64,000 nt of DNA from an uncultured virus (IMG/VR IMGVR_UViG_3300014576_000001) (lineage: Duplodnaviria > Heunggongvirae > Uroviricota > Caudoviricetes), in the IMG/VR virus record IMGVR_UViG_3300014576_000001. The stretch is one strand, 5' to 3'. Positions 9,775 to 18,719 of this stretch are shown in pieces. Made by a program: the position numbers and the translations under genes. The notes under the pieces were generated by a model, which made no database searches, had not been told where the DNA came from, and saw only the letters and a list, made by a program, of their open reading frames with translations. The stretch's first letter is position 1. Each line of letters begins with the position of its first letter.

Positions 9775-10494
9775 ATGTACGCCAGCCACTCCCAATTCAA
9801 TACGCCGCCAGACGATACTGTCATCTGGCGCTACATGTCCGTAGAGAAGTATTTGTCTCTTTTGCACACGAAATCTTTATTTATGTGCAGGCTGGATAGA
9901 TTTGAAGACCCTTGGGAGGGCGCTTACTCAGTGGGTTACGAAAGCTCTAACCCTGAAACACGTGAGGTCCAAGCAATACGTAGGGGATTTCTTTTCGTGA
10001 ATTGCTGGCATGCCAATGAACATGAGTCTGCAGCGATGTGGGATCTGTACGCTACTCGCCATGCTGGCGTAGCAATAAAAACTACCATTGGGAGTTTAAA
10101 AAACTCCATAATTGCACCTGGTGAGATTTTCATCGGTGCAGTTCGATATGAGGATTATTCAGTTTATATTCCTAATTTGGCGGGAAACGTGCTGTTTCCA
10201 GCGTTGGTAAAACGCAGGAGTTTTTCTCATGAACATGAGATTAGGCTCCTTGCGCTTAATTATGAAAACAGTAAATGGCACTCTACTGATAGTGAGTACC
10301 CTTACTACGGCTACTCAGTGCCTGGAACGCTATCAATGGTTTGTGAGGTGGATTTAAATTTGTTGCTCAAAGACGTTATGTTTTCCCCATCAATGCCCGA
10401 CTGGCTGTTCGAAACACTTAAAGATGTTTCTGGTCGATTCAATATTTGGCCAAATCATACAAAGTCTAGTCTGTATGATAGGCAGGTTGTGTAA
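9775..10494 (+). CDS. DUF2971-like cargo protein, AT-rich
   Basis: IWRYM, DPWEG, CWH..ESAAMWDLY, KRRSFSHEHEIR. Confidence 0.7.
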   Translation: MYASHSQFNTPPDDTVIWRYMSVEKYLSLLHTKSLFMCRLDRFEDPWEGAYSVGYESSNPETREVQAIRRGFLFVNCWHANEHESAAMWDLYATRHAGVAIKTTIGSLKNSIIAPGEIFIGAVRYEDYSVYIPNLAGNVLFPALVKRRSFSHEHEIRLLALNYENSKWHSTDSEYPYYGYSVPGTLSMVCEVDLNLLLKDVMFSPSMPDWLFETLKDVSGRFNIWPNHTKSSLYDRQVV

Positions 10495-10658
10495 TTACCC
10501 CTGCCGCAGGGGCTTGCCTCAGGTGGAAAGGATGCTCGTGACTTAATGCGTGCTCGGCTTCCTGAGCCTGGTATACGATCTTTCGATCTCGCGCCAACGC
10601 GGGTGGCGGGCATACCTTTAGTTGGCTACGCTCTATGCTCCTGCAATTGGAGGACGTC

Positions 10659-10859
10659 ATGAGCGAGGATCGAGAAGTAGCTCTGGAGTTGGCGTTGACC
10701 GCTGTCATTCAAACTGCGCGTCAGGCTGGGATGGATGTCGATGAGCTGGCGGAGTTTGCTGCTGAGCTGCTGGTCGCCAACGAGTCTCAACCGGAATGGC
10801 ACCTAGACCAAGCAATCTTAGAGATAGAGCACAGTGTGGAAATGGTTTCCCGGGAATGA
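10659..10859 (+). CDS. Small acidic protein, copy 1 of a triplet
   Basis: MSEDREVALELALTAV...; GGAGG RBS. Confidence 0.7.
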   Translation: MSEDREVALELALTAVIQTARQAGMDVDELAEFAAELLVANESQPEWHLDQAILEIEHSVEMVSRE

Positions 10860-10982
10860 CCGGTGAGCTAACCGCTAATACCGCCTGAGCTCTGTATCCG
10901 CCGAATCCCGACCGGCTGCGCACTAATTTGACGCTTTGGGTAAAAATATCGCTACGCTCTCAAGACTACCAAGGAGATGGTC

Positions 10983-11183
10983 ATGAGCGATAACCGGGAA
11001 GCTGCCATGAAGATGGCGATTAAGGCGCTGTTGGTCACAGCCAAAAAACAGGGCGTCCGCATGGATACGCTATGCGACGGCGCAGTCGAATTCATCGGAC
11101 ACTACCCGGCACTCGATCGGCAGGGTTTGGTGGCCGCAACCACGATCCGCCGGATTGCCTATGACGTGCTACTGGATCGCTGA
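10983..11183 (+). CDS. Small protein, copy 2 of a triplet
   Basis: MSDNREAAMKMAIKAL...; AAGGAG RBS. Confidence 0.65.
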   Translation: MSDNREAAMKMAIKALLVTAKKQGVRMDTLCDGAVEFIGHYPALDRQGLVAATTIRRIAYDVLLDR

Positions 11184-11208
11184 GCAGTTGGTTCGAAAGG
11201 AGGCGTCC

Positions 11209-11403
11209 ATGACAGAAAATAGAGAGCGTGTTTTCAGAATAGCGTTGGTGGCAGGCCTTCAAGCCGCGGTTAGCCAAGGCCTGAATATTGATTCACTTGC
11301 AGAGGCTGCAATTGAACTGCTGCTCAACGATGCTGCATATACACCTGAGGAGGCCGCCCAAGCTGTGATTGCTGTCGAGTCAGCAGCGGATGCAGCTGTG
11401 TGA
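11209..11403 (+). CDS. Small acidic protein, copy 3 of a triplet
   Basis: MTENRERVFRIALVAG...; AAGGAGG RBS. Confidence 0.7.
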   Translation: MTENRERVFRIALVAGLQAAVSQGLNIDSLAEAAIELLLNDAAYTPEEAAQAVIAVESAADAAV

Positions 11404-11528
11404 GCGGCTCTGAGCCTTAACTGAGCAGATTTGATAGCTGTCAGTCTCATTAATACTCCCGACGGTAGGTGTATTTTCCACATGTTTCCAAACGGATAGA
11501 ATGCCTGTCCATTCGTTTGGATACTGCT

Positions 11529-11858
11529 ATGCCCTTCGACTCAGCCATCAAGCACTTCATAGATGCAAGCCACATGCTGCACGCCAAACATCCGTTGGGA
11601 CAAGCCTTCGCCATGGGCGGAGCACTCCGCGCTTGTGCTATGGGTATCGCAACAGTCAGACGTGGTGAATTAGAGGCTGATGCTCAGGCAAGCTTTCGGA
11701 TGGTCGAGTACATGATCGAATCGTCGGGTCTGAGCCATGCCGACCCGCTGGATATTTGGATTTCAAAAGCCGGGGCCTTCGAACCGGATCAGATGCAGAA
11801 ATTGTCCGATTTGGTTAATGAAGTGCTGGCGTGGTTTAAAGCTCACAATCACGATTAG
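11529..11858 (+). CDS. Hypothetical cargo protein
   Basis: 109-aa ORF in the cargo cluster; start uncertain. Confidence 0.5.
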   Translation: MPFDSAIKHFIDASHMLHAKHPLGQAFAMGGALRACAMGIATVRRGELEADAQASFRMVEYMIESSGLSHADPLDIWISKAGAFEPDQMQKLSDLVNEVLAWFKAHNHD

Positions 11859-11952
11859 CCTTAGGACTGGCCTACGACACTTGGCAGCGGAGGTTGACTG
11901 TGGGCTATACGTGGTGACAGGCATGGAGCCGGGCATCAGGAGAAAGCAATAG

Positions 11953-12468
11953 ATGGATTGGGCAAGTGTTTCTTTTTGGATTGAGCACAACCCAGGCCTT
12001 GCTTCATGGGTACAGGCTGTGGGATCGATAGTGGCAATATTCTCAGCGATCTTCATTGCCAGCAGTCAAAATCGGCATCAGAGAAAACTCGCTCGACAGA
12101 TAGCCGAGGAAAAGTCTTTGGCACAAGCGGGTCGCTTGTATTTGATAGCGAAAGAGTATTCCGACTCGTTGGAGCTGGCCGTAAAACCGTTTTATGAGGA
12201 AGACGCAGGCGATGCCGATCAGAGCATCGCCGTGACGTTCCAACGTATACTTGACCGGCTGAACAACAATTTCGATGACGACTATAATCCTGCTAGAAAC
12301 GTGCAGATCCACATTCTGCGTGCAGCGTTAACCGCGTTGCTTTTCACGCTTGACAACTCTAAGTTCATGACTCATCAGGAGCGCGCTATCGAGATACAGC
12401 GCCTTAAAGAGTTATCCCCGGCGCTGTTAGCTTCGTGTTTAAAGCTGCTAGAGTCCGCAAAGAACTGA
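11953..12468 (+). CDS. Membrane-anchored cargo protein
   Basis: N-terminal WVQAVGSIVAIFSAIFIA hydrophobic helix, helical soluble remainder. Confidence 0.7.
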   Translation: MDWASVSFWIEHNPGLASWVQAVGSIVAIFSAIFIASSQNRHQRKLARQIAEEKSLAQAGRLYLIAKEYSDSLELAVKPFYEEDAGDADQSIAVTFQRILDRLNNNFDDDYNPARNVQIHILRAALTALLFTLDNSKFMTHQERAIEIQRLKELSPALLASCLKLLESAKN

Positions 12469-12489
12469 AAAGATTAAGTCAACGCTCCT

Positions 12490-13305
12490 CTACTTAGTAT
12501 CAAACGCGCCCAGCGCGAGTTTGGCCGCAGTGCCTATCTTTGCTTCCAGTACAGCCTTGAACTCCTCGGCAATCGCCTCGCGCTGAACCTCTTCACCGAC
12601 CCAGCGCAGTTTCAGTACCGGGACCGGCCCGCTGGTGATCACCGAAATGCGCAGATTGATTTGCTGCTCGGTCAGCCCTTCAAATGGGATAACGTTGAAG
12701 AGCAACGCCGTTGGCAAAGTTTCCTTGCTGCGCGCCTCGATCTGATCCATGGCGCTACGACTAGCGCTGGTGTCGCCCACAGTGGTTTCCGATTCGCTGG
12801 TGGCCTTGACCGTGATCGTGCGCACGGCGGCGATTGCCTTCGCCACCGGGATCGGATTGCCCGCGTCATCGACTGGCGTAAGGTACTGATGCCAATCTTC
12901 GATCCAGTCGCTCAGGTCTTTTTGTGCCAGGCGGTTGCCTGCGATCTGCTGTGCGGCGGTGTAGCCCGCAGTTGCTTTCAGCTTCAACACCGCTCGATCA
13001 TCTGCGTGGCCCGGAGCCGAGGTATCGCCCAGGTTGAACAGCAAGGTGCAGCTCATCTGGTCCTGATCGATAAAGCCGCGAGCGCTGGCGCCTGCACGGT
13101 CAAGCACATAGGCGCTGAAGTCGGCCAGGGAATGGGTGGAGAAAGTGCCACGAAAGCGGCTGCGAAATGCCTGGTACTTTTCCAGATCCAGCACTTTTGC
13201 ACCTTCCGGCAGTACCGCCGTGGGCGTGAAGGTCGGCAGCGCTTTGCCAGTGGCTTCGAGCGCGGTGTCGGTGATCAGTTGAATCGCTTCTTTCGTCAGG
13301 GACAT
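12490..13305 (-). CDS. YfdQ/DUF2303 family protein
   Basis: RSRFRGTFST, PGHADD, QKDLSDWIEDW, SRSAMDQIEA. Confidence 0.85.
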   Translation of the reverse strand: MSLTKEAIQLITDTALEATGKALPTFTPTAVLPEGAKVLDLEKYQAFRSRFRGTFSTHSLADFSAYVLDRAGASARGFIDQDQMSCTLLFNLGDTSAPGHADDRAVLKLKATAGYTAAQQIAGNRLAQKDLSDWIEDWHQYLTPVDDAGNPIPVAKAIAAVRTITVKATSESETTVGDTSASRSAMDQIEARSKETLPTALLFNVIPFEGLTEQQINLRISVITSGPVPVLKLRWVGEEVQREAIAEEFKAVLEAKIGTAAKLALGAFDTK

Positions 13306-13335
13306 GTTTCGGTCTCTTCTGGGTGGTGAATGGAA

Positions 13336-13683
13336 TTAGGAACGACGAGGAATCGGCGCTTCGTCGCGGGTAAACATCTGGTCGTGCTTTTCCTGAAATA
13401 GCGTGACCTTGCCGCCTGTGCCGACGTGCATCGGCGTGTCGAGGCTGGTGTTCTCGCTGCGGTCGCCGCGCTTGGTCGGCACCTTGTAAGCGAGCTTGTG
13501 CTTCACCTTCACCTGGTGGGTTTCACCGATCTGGGTGATGTCGAGCGTGATCACCAGTTTGCCGGGCTTGCCGTTGTCAACGACGCCGCCGGCGACTTCT
13601 GAGAGGGCGTGGCCAATCTGGCTGGCGAAGGCGCCGCCGTTGAGTTCGTTGAGGAACTCGGCGGTATCTGTGGGTGTTGGCAT
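13336..13683 (-). CDS. YfdP-like phage protein
   Basis: FLNELNGGAF...VPTKRG...TPMHVG; usual upstream partner of DUF2303. Confidence 0.7.
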   Translation of the reverse strand: MPTPTDTAEFLNELNGGAFASQIGHALSEVAGGVVDNGKPGKLVITLDITQIGETHQVKVKHKLAYKVPTKRGDRSENTSLDTPMHVGTGGKVTLFQEKHDQMFTRDEAPIPRRS

Positions 13684-13774
13684 TGTGGATGCTCCGAGAT
13701 GGGCGCGAGCCCGCTAGGTGGTAGGTGGTGTTGTGGTTCGCGCTTACGGCGCTGAGAGGATTTGAAAAGGCGTT

Positions 13775-14236
13775 TCACGCGGCGACCTTCACCTGGTTCC
13801 AAGCGCCGACTGATGCGAAGAGCGCGGAAAGCCTCGATTCAGGGATGGGCACAATGCCGGGAACCGCGAGCCAGCCCATGCCAACGCGATGGTTCGGGTT
13901 ACAGTCGTCGCGGACTTCGTTGTAGAAGTGCTCGATCACATCCGATAGGCGTTCGACGCGATGTATGCCATCCGGCCTGATGTCTATTGACTTGATGTAC
14001 TGGGCGCCGTCCTGCCGCACGCAGATAGCGGCGATGTAGATGGTCCAGCGATGCGCGATATCGCAGAGAGCATCGGCAACCTGCTTGACCAGGATCTGTT
14101 TCCCGGACTTCCAGCTGAGCATGATCTGGAGGCCGCTCGGGTCGATGCTGATGACGGCCGCGTGATTGGTACCCAGCAGCGCGCGCATGCTCCGTTCGAC
14201 CTGGACCTTGCGGTTGCACGGTTTGCGCTTGCTCAT
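13775..14236 (-). CDS. Phage hypothetical protein
   Basis: 153-aa ORF coupled within the operon. Confidence 0.65.
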   Translation of the reverse strand: MSKRKPCNRKVQVERSMRALLGTNHAAVISIDPSGLQIMLSWKSGKQILVKQVADALCDIAHRWTIYIAAICVRQDGAQYIKSIDIRPDGIHRVERLSDVIEHFYNEVRDDCNPNHRVGMGWLAVPGIVPIPESRLSALFASVGAWNQVKVAA

Positions 14237-14469
14237 ATTGCCTCCGTGATCCGTCGAACCTGCTGGCGATCGGCGTTGTTCAGGCGCCGCCGCTTGCGCT
14301 TCAGCACTGTGTCGGGGTCGACGTAGTTGCTCCGCGGCGGTACGGGCGGACGTTCGGGGAAGGACGCGACCGGTTGAACCTTCTTGCCAGTGGCCATGAA
14401 GTGATCGATCTGTGCCCGTAAGTCTTCGATGATCTTTTTTCGGGGATCAGCCAGCGGTACGAAGTTCAC
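14233..14469 (-). CDS. Small phage protein
   Basis: GTG start overlapping the upstream stop; IDHFMATGKKVQ. Confidence 0.55.
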   Translation of the reverse strand: MNFVPLADPRKKIIEDLRAQIDHFMATGKKVQPVASFPERPPVPPRSNYVDPDTVLKRKRRRLNNADRQQVRRITEAI

Positions 14470-14801
14470 CAGCTCATTCCGATGAACACGAATGCAGCGA
14501 GAATGACCGCGAAGGCGGCGGTCCAGCAAAGCATCCAGCGCGCGAAGCCCCCGACACCGATTTGCGCTTCGCGGAGGAAGGAGGCGGTGTTTTCGAGTTG
14601 TTGCGCCGACCGGCACGCGTTTGAGTGGCCCGCGACCTCGACGCGCTCGGCGCCGGTCTTCCGGTCCAGCACGCCGAACAGGTTGTTGCCGTGCGGAATG
14701 ACGGCGAAGCGCGGCTTGGCATTGAACTCGGCAGTAGCTTGCTGGGTGCGCTGGCGCAACGCTTCGTGAACGGCGCGCATCTGGCTGATTGTCTGATTCA
14801 T
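14466..14801 (-). CDS. Phage protein with C-terminal transmembrane helix
   Basis: 111 aa; GAGGGAAAGG RBS; hydrophobic C-terminus. Confidence 0.65.
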   Translation of the reverse strand: MNQTISQMRAVHEALRQRTQQATAEFNAKPRFAVIPHGNNLFGVLDRKTGAERVEVAGHSNACRSAQQLENTASFLREAQIGVGGFARWMLCWTAAFAVILAAFVFIGMSW

Positions 14802-15267
14802 GTCCTTTCCCTCAGTTGTTTGCGTTCATTCGTCAGCACTCTGGCCGCCGGCTGTTTGCCGTTGGGCGCGGGGGAGAGTGCTGGCGGATAAACGCGAGGC
14901 GAAAAAAAGCCCTGTCGACGCAGGGCTTTTCACGTTGCTAATTGGCCACGCCTTGTACGTGGATCCTGCTAGCGGATGCTGGGTGAGGCGGTATGCCCGT
15001 TGGTTTTTCTCATTATTAGAAACCCTTTGTCAGTTAATGACCTGCGTCGCCAGACATAACGATTGGATGCATAGGAAGCAGCCAGGGCCGGCCAGTTTCC
15101 ATCGGCGCGACTCGTATGGATGAGCCCTGGTCTAAGATCAAATCGATGGTTCATGATCCAGGAGAATGGGTTTAGGCTAGCCTGACCACACGTCAGAGGG
15201 ATGAGATCCGAGATCGCACTGAGGGTTTTCTGCCCTCCACACCGAGTGTTCTTGGGAGGAGCACAAA

Positions 15268-15537
15268 ATGATATCGACACTCGAATTACGACATATCATC
15301 GAATCTAGCTTTCTGCCCGTAGAGTGCATCTGCAGTCCGAACGATGCCGGCACCCTAACCATCCAGTTGATTAATCCTGAGACAAAAGAGATTGATCTGA
15401 CTGTACCGGGCATACCAGTATCAAACTTGACCACAATGCGCGCGATTTCGGACCTTGTTGCGCAGATTCGCGAGGAGCTACGGCTAACTCATCTCGCTCA
15501 TTCCGATCCCCGTCCTCGATCAAATGCCCGATCGTAA
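15268..15537 (+). CDS. DUF1652 family protein (counter-oriented cargo)
   Basis: MISTLELRHIIESSFLP...RAISDLVAQIREE. Confidence 0.75.
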   Translation: MISTLELRHIIESSFLPVECICSPNDAGTLTIQLINPETKEIDLTVPGIPVSNLTTMRAISDLVAQIREELRLTHLAHSDPRPRSNARS

Positions 15538-15578
15538 TTGCCAAGGGAATTGCGCTGTTGTGTCGGTACGGCTGACCT

Positions 15579-15761
15579 TCAGCGCCCTAGGGCTTCAAGC
15601 TCTAAGTGCTTCTCCTGCAATTTTGCGATGAGACACAATCGCTCCTGGCCGGTAAGGTGCCGGGCAGCTAGAAACAATCCCTCAGCAAGATCACCGTCGA
15701 ACTTCATCGAGCCCGCGGCGTGTTCTAATTCGATCTGAACGCGCTTACCTGTTGCTTCCAT
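15579..15761 (-). CDS. Small hypothetical protein
   Basis: 60-aa ORF directly after 15771..15920. Confidence 0.45.
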   Translation of the reverse strand: MEATGKRVQIELEHAAGSMKFDGDLAEGLFLAARHLTGQERLCLIAKLQEKHLELEALGR

Positions 15762-15770
15762 CTGCGACCC

Positions 15771-15920
15771 TTACCTGCTCAGCCGAAACCACATCACCAT
15801 GCCTAGGAGCAGACCGCTGACGATGCCAGCCAGGTATGCGATGGAGATGATGTGCAAAAAGCTGGCGGCGAGCAGTAAAGCTGCGCCAACCAATAGCAGG
15901 AGGATTAAGCGGCTGATCAC
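15771..15920 (-). CDS. 49-aa two-helix membrane peptide (not in the ORF track)
   Basis: MISRLILLLLVGAALLLAASFLHIISIAYLAGIVSGLLLGMVMWFRLSR; GTGA overlap with the upstream stop. Confidence 0.65.
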   Translation of the reverse strand: MISRLILLLLVGAALLLAASFLHIISIAYLAGIVSGLLLGMVMWFRLSR

Positions 15921-16801
15921 CGCACCACCTTCACGACGCTGTTAATGCCCTTGTCCACTGCCCGACGGACCTTCTTGGCTTCATCCGGCTGCATGCTCTT
16001 CAGGTAGTCGTTGTTGAACACGATCTGAGCGCGCAGGCAGTAAGTGTCGGGCTTGCCCATAGTGGAGGTTTCCAGCCCGCTCTGACCTTCCTTATCGACG
16101 ACGCAATGCGTGTACAGCGGGTTGTTGTTGGCGTCCTTCGCATCCTCGAACGAGTTGTCGTTTACCTCGCCGATCATGATCTGTTTGCTGAAATCGGCGG
16201 TGATATCGCTCGGGATCTTCCCAGACCGGCCTATGTACAGCATCCCAGCGATTTCGATCCGGACACCAGCCTTCGTGACATAGCCCTGGGCGACCGCCTC
16301 AGCAGCGCTGTACCAGTCATCAAACTCGACGATACGCGCGCCTTCGTAGTCTTTGTCTGTCTTGATCCAGTTGCGCACGGTGACCAGCGCACCGGAGCCG
16401 GACACCGCCGCAAACGCGTATTTCGCTGCGACGCTGTCCTTTTCCATCTTGCCGAAGTCGTCCACACCGGCTTTGCCGTGCAGCCAGTAAATGACCTCCT
16501 GATGCGCGTCGCTGACCTTGAGGTCGGCGGGCATCGGCAGGCTGATGACGGCATCGTTTTGAATGACCGCAATATCACAGGTGCCGTCTTTCAGCTTCTC
16601 GGCGTTCTCGACGCTGCCGCCGGTGTTGATGATCTTAACCTCGCCGCTGTCCTGCTTGGCAATCGTGTTGCCGATGCTGGTACCTAGGCTTTCATAGAAG
16701 CCACCTTCGCCGCCGGTGCAGAAACGCAGGGTAGGCGGTGCCGCACTGGCAGCGGCCGAAACACTCAGCAGCACGGCCAGCAGTAACGCTTTTGATTTCA
16801 T
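15917..16801 (-). CDS. Periplasmic solute-binding protein, TAXI/TRAP-like
   Basis: Signal peptide MKSKALLLAVLLSVSAAASA; TGGEGGFY, TGGSVEN, DIAVIQND, GSGA motifs. Confidence 0.8.
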   Translation of the reverse strand: MKSKALLLAVLLSVSAAASAAPPTLRFCTGGEGGFYESLGTSIGNTIAKQDSGEVKIINTGGSVENAEKLKDGTCDIAVIQNDAVISLPMPADLKVSDAHQEVIYWLHGKAGVDDFGKMEKDSVAAKYAFAAVSGSGALVTVRNWIKTDKDYEGARIVEFDDWYSAAEAVAQGYVTKAGVRIEIAGMLYIGRSGKIPSDITADFSKQIMIGEVNDNSFEDAKDANNNPLYTHCVVDKEGQSGLETSTMGKPDTYCLRAQIVFNNDYLKSMQPDEAKKVRRAVDKGINSVVKVVR

Positions 16802-16820
16802 GGGTGTTCCTCAGGGTGGG

Positions 16821-16864
16821 TGATTTCCCATCTGGCCCTCGTTTGAAGGCCAGCCAGTGAAATC
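16821..16864. repeat. 44-bp hairpin element, copy A
   Basis: 38/44 identical to 17971..18014; GATTTC..CTGGCC-loop-GGCCAG..GAAATC. Confidence 0.85.
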
Positions 16865-17090
16865 AATTTCCAGCGGCGTCAGTCTTTTCCCCTGCTGCGC
16901 GAGCCAAGGCGTCAAGCAGCAGATCCTGCCGGGCCTGCTTGTCCAAGAATTGGCGAAGGGCGCGGACGAAGATGGTGTTCATGGACGTGTCTGCCGCATC
17001 AGCCGCAATCTCAACCTTCTCGCGGAGGTTGTCCGGCAGCCGAACGACAAATTTCGGAAGGGGTGATTCTTTGGTTTTCGGCATGATCAT
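16863..17090 (-). CDS. Arc-family ribbon-helix-helix DNA-binding protein
   Basis: KFVVRLPDNLREKV...SMNTIFVRAL. Confidence 0.85.
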   Translation of the reverse strand: MIMPKTKESPLPKFVVRLPDNLREKVEIAADAADTSMNTIFVRALRQFLDKQARQDLLLDALARAAGEKTDAAGN

Positions 17091-17236
17091 TCCTCAGGGC
17101 GGGGCATTCCCGATGCAGCCTGACGGCATGCTGCATTGGTGAATCAGGCAGGCCAGCGGCCAGCTCACCACTGCCCAGGTGACGGGCCTTGCGCTAGGCT
17201 GGCGTTCTCACACAGCACAGCCAGCAAAGGAGGGCG

Positions 17237-17475
17237 ATGCGCTAACGCACACCTACAGGTTGAAACACGACCGCGACTTCGGCAGTCATCTTCCGAAGGT
17301 CTATGAATCGGGGAGGGCGATTGAGGCGGGGGATGTCATCGAGCTGGAAAACGGCATGTGGCATGGCGTTATCGAGGCCCGTAAAACTCAGCAAGGTATG
17401 CTTCTAGTTCTCGCTGAATCTGCTCAGAACGCTGAATGGGCAGAGTTTCTACTAAGGCAGCAATTGTCTGAGTAA
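17237..17475 (+). pseudogene. Counter-oriented cargo gene, probably frameshifted at codon 3
   Basis: AAGGAGG RBS then ATG CGC TAA; the long frame (THTYRL...) is offset by one base. Confidence 0.4.
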
Positions 17476-17719
17476 GAACGATCGTTGCGAACTTGCTGCA
17501 TCCCAATGAGCTGACCTCGGCGCTGGGGTGCATCAGGGACATTTTCGTCGCCAGCCCGGGCACACCCTGACATGCCAAGGTCATGAGGGCGGCTTCGATT
17601 CGCCCGGTCAGAGTTGGCGCTTCCACCGTCGGATGACCTGGCGAATTGAGATGCGGGTGGTGCATATCGTGTCGCCTCCAATGGAGATCGGCGTTTCGTC
17701 TGAGCGCGAATGTTCCGAT

Positions 17720-17953
17720 TCAGGCAACTGCGGTGCAGTGTTCCAAGTCTACGAACCCGCTTTTACCTTCGAGGAAGATCACTGTGCTGTGGCCGTTGCA
17801 CACACAGGCATCGCCTTTCGTCACGCCGCGGTGCGTTTCGCCGCAACCGATGATGCTTTCGTAACTGACCAGTGTTCCGGCCGGATGCTTCGCGTTCCAG
17901 GCATCTGCCTGGCGTTGGAGCTGGACGACTGTGGGACGTTTGGGTGCTGGCAT
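17720..17953 (-). CDS. Small phage protein
   Basis: MPAPKRPTVVQLQ...WNAKHPAGT; TAAGGAG RBS. Confidence 0.65.
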   Translation of the reverse strand: MPAPKRPTVVQLQRQADAWNAKHPAGTLVSYESIIGCGETHRGVTKGDACVCNGHSTVIFLEGKSGFVDLEHCTAVA

Positions 17954-17970
17954 AACTGTCTCCTTATGGT

Positions 17971-18014
17971 TGATTTCCCGTCTGGCCCTGTCTCCAAGGC
18001 CAGCCAGTGAAATC
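17971..18014. repeat. 44-bp hairpin element, copy B
   Basis: Direct repeat of 16821..16864. Confidence 0.85.
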
Positions 18015-18473
18015 CCGACCTCGCTACTGGCGACAGGTCGGGGTAACGCATCAGCGATGTAGGTACATCCGGTGCCTAATCCCCGCGCGCTGATTGCAGG
18101 TTTCGGGATCTTTAGGCGGCGGCGGGCTTCCCTGCTCACGCCAGCTCGATCAGCTTTGCTGGCGTGGTCATCGGGCATATACAACATGCGACGTACAGCC
18201 CTGTGCCTAGTTGGGGATAGTTGAAGGCACATCGCATGAGGTCCGGCGCTCCTCATAGCCGAGGCTCAGAGCGCTAATTTTTCAAAGCTTTTCCATTACC
18301 GCCGGAGTGGCGGGGCGCATCGCTTGCCGGGTCATTCGCACGGTTCAGGCATTTCGCCCTTGATCAGCCGTACAGGGTTCTCCCTGTCGTTGGCAGGCTT
18401 TCCTCGTTCGCCTGTCTGATCCCCGGTCGCCGGTAGAGGCAGTGCGGTCTATTCGTTGTTTGTTTCGTTCGGT

Positions 18474-18485
18474 TTTTAAAGAGCG
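18474..18485 (-). promoter_or_regulatory. boxA-like antitermination element in the pL leader
   Basis: CGCTCTTTAAAA on the minus strand, ~45 nt after the pL -10. Confidence 0.6.
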
Positions 18486-18529
18486 CCGGGGCACCGCCCC
18501 TTCGCCGAGTTGTCGCTGGCGATGGAGTT

Positions 18530-18592
18530 AATTTAGCCATGCGCTAAAATAACGTCAATAGCTCCCAGCTAAATAATTTAGCTTTGCGTGAA
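18530..18592 (-). promoter_or_regulatory. pL promoter with three repressor operators (OL)
   Basis: TTGACG-17-TAAATT on the minus strand; TTAGC-N5-GCTAA-type sites at 18533, 18558 and 18578. Confidence 0.8.
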
Positions 18593-18660
18593 ATTTATTT
18601 TTCTGACTTTCGTAAGCTATCGGTACGACGAATATCTAACGGTGGGTATTTACGAGCGGG

Positions 18661-18703
18661 TTAGCAGCGAGCTAAGCTTTGAAATAACTGTACATACATA
18701 CAG
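18661..18703 (+). promoter_or_regulatory. Repressor operator plus LexA (SOS) box upstream of the DUF1654 gene
   Basis: TTAGCAGCGAGCTAA (18661-18675); CTGTACATACATACAG (18688-18703). Confidence 0.8.
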
Positions 18704-18719
18704 CAATAGGGAGTAGCTG

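Noticed and set aside
16821..18014. CRISPR array
   Set aside because: Only two close copies 1.1 kb apart, separated by genes; no cas genes
17954..18256. N-terminal 100 aa of ORF 17720..18256
   Set aside because: Runs through the conserved hairpin; a good RBS supports the start at 17953
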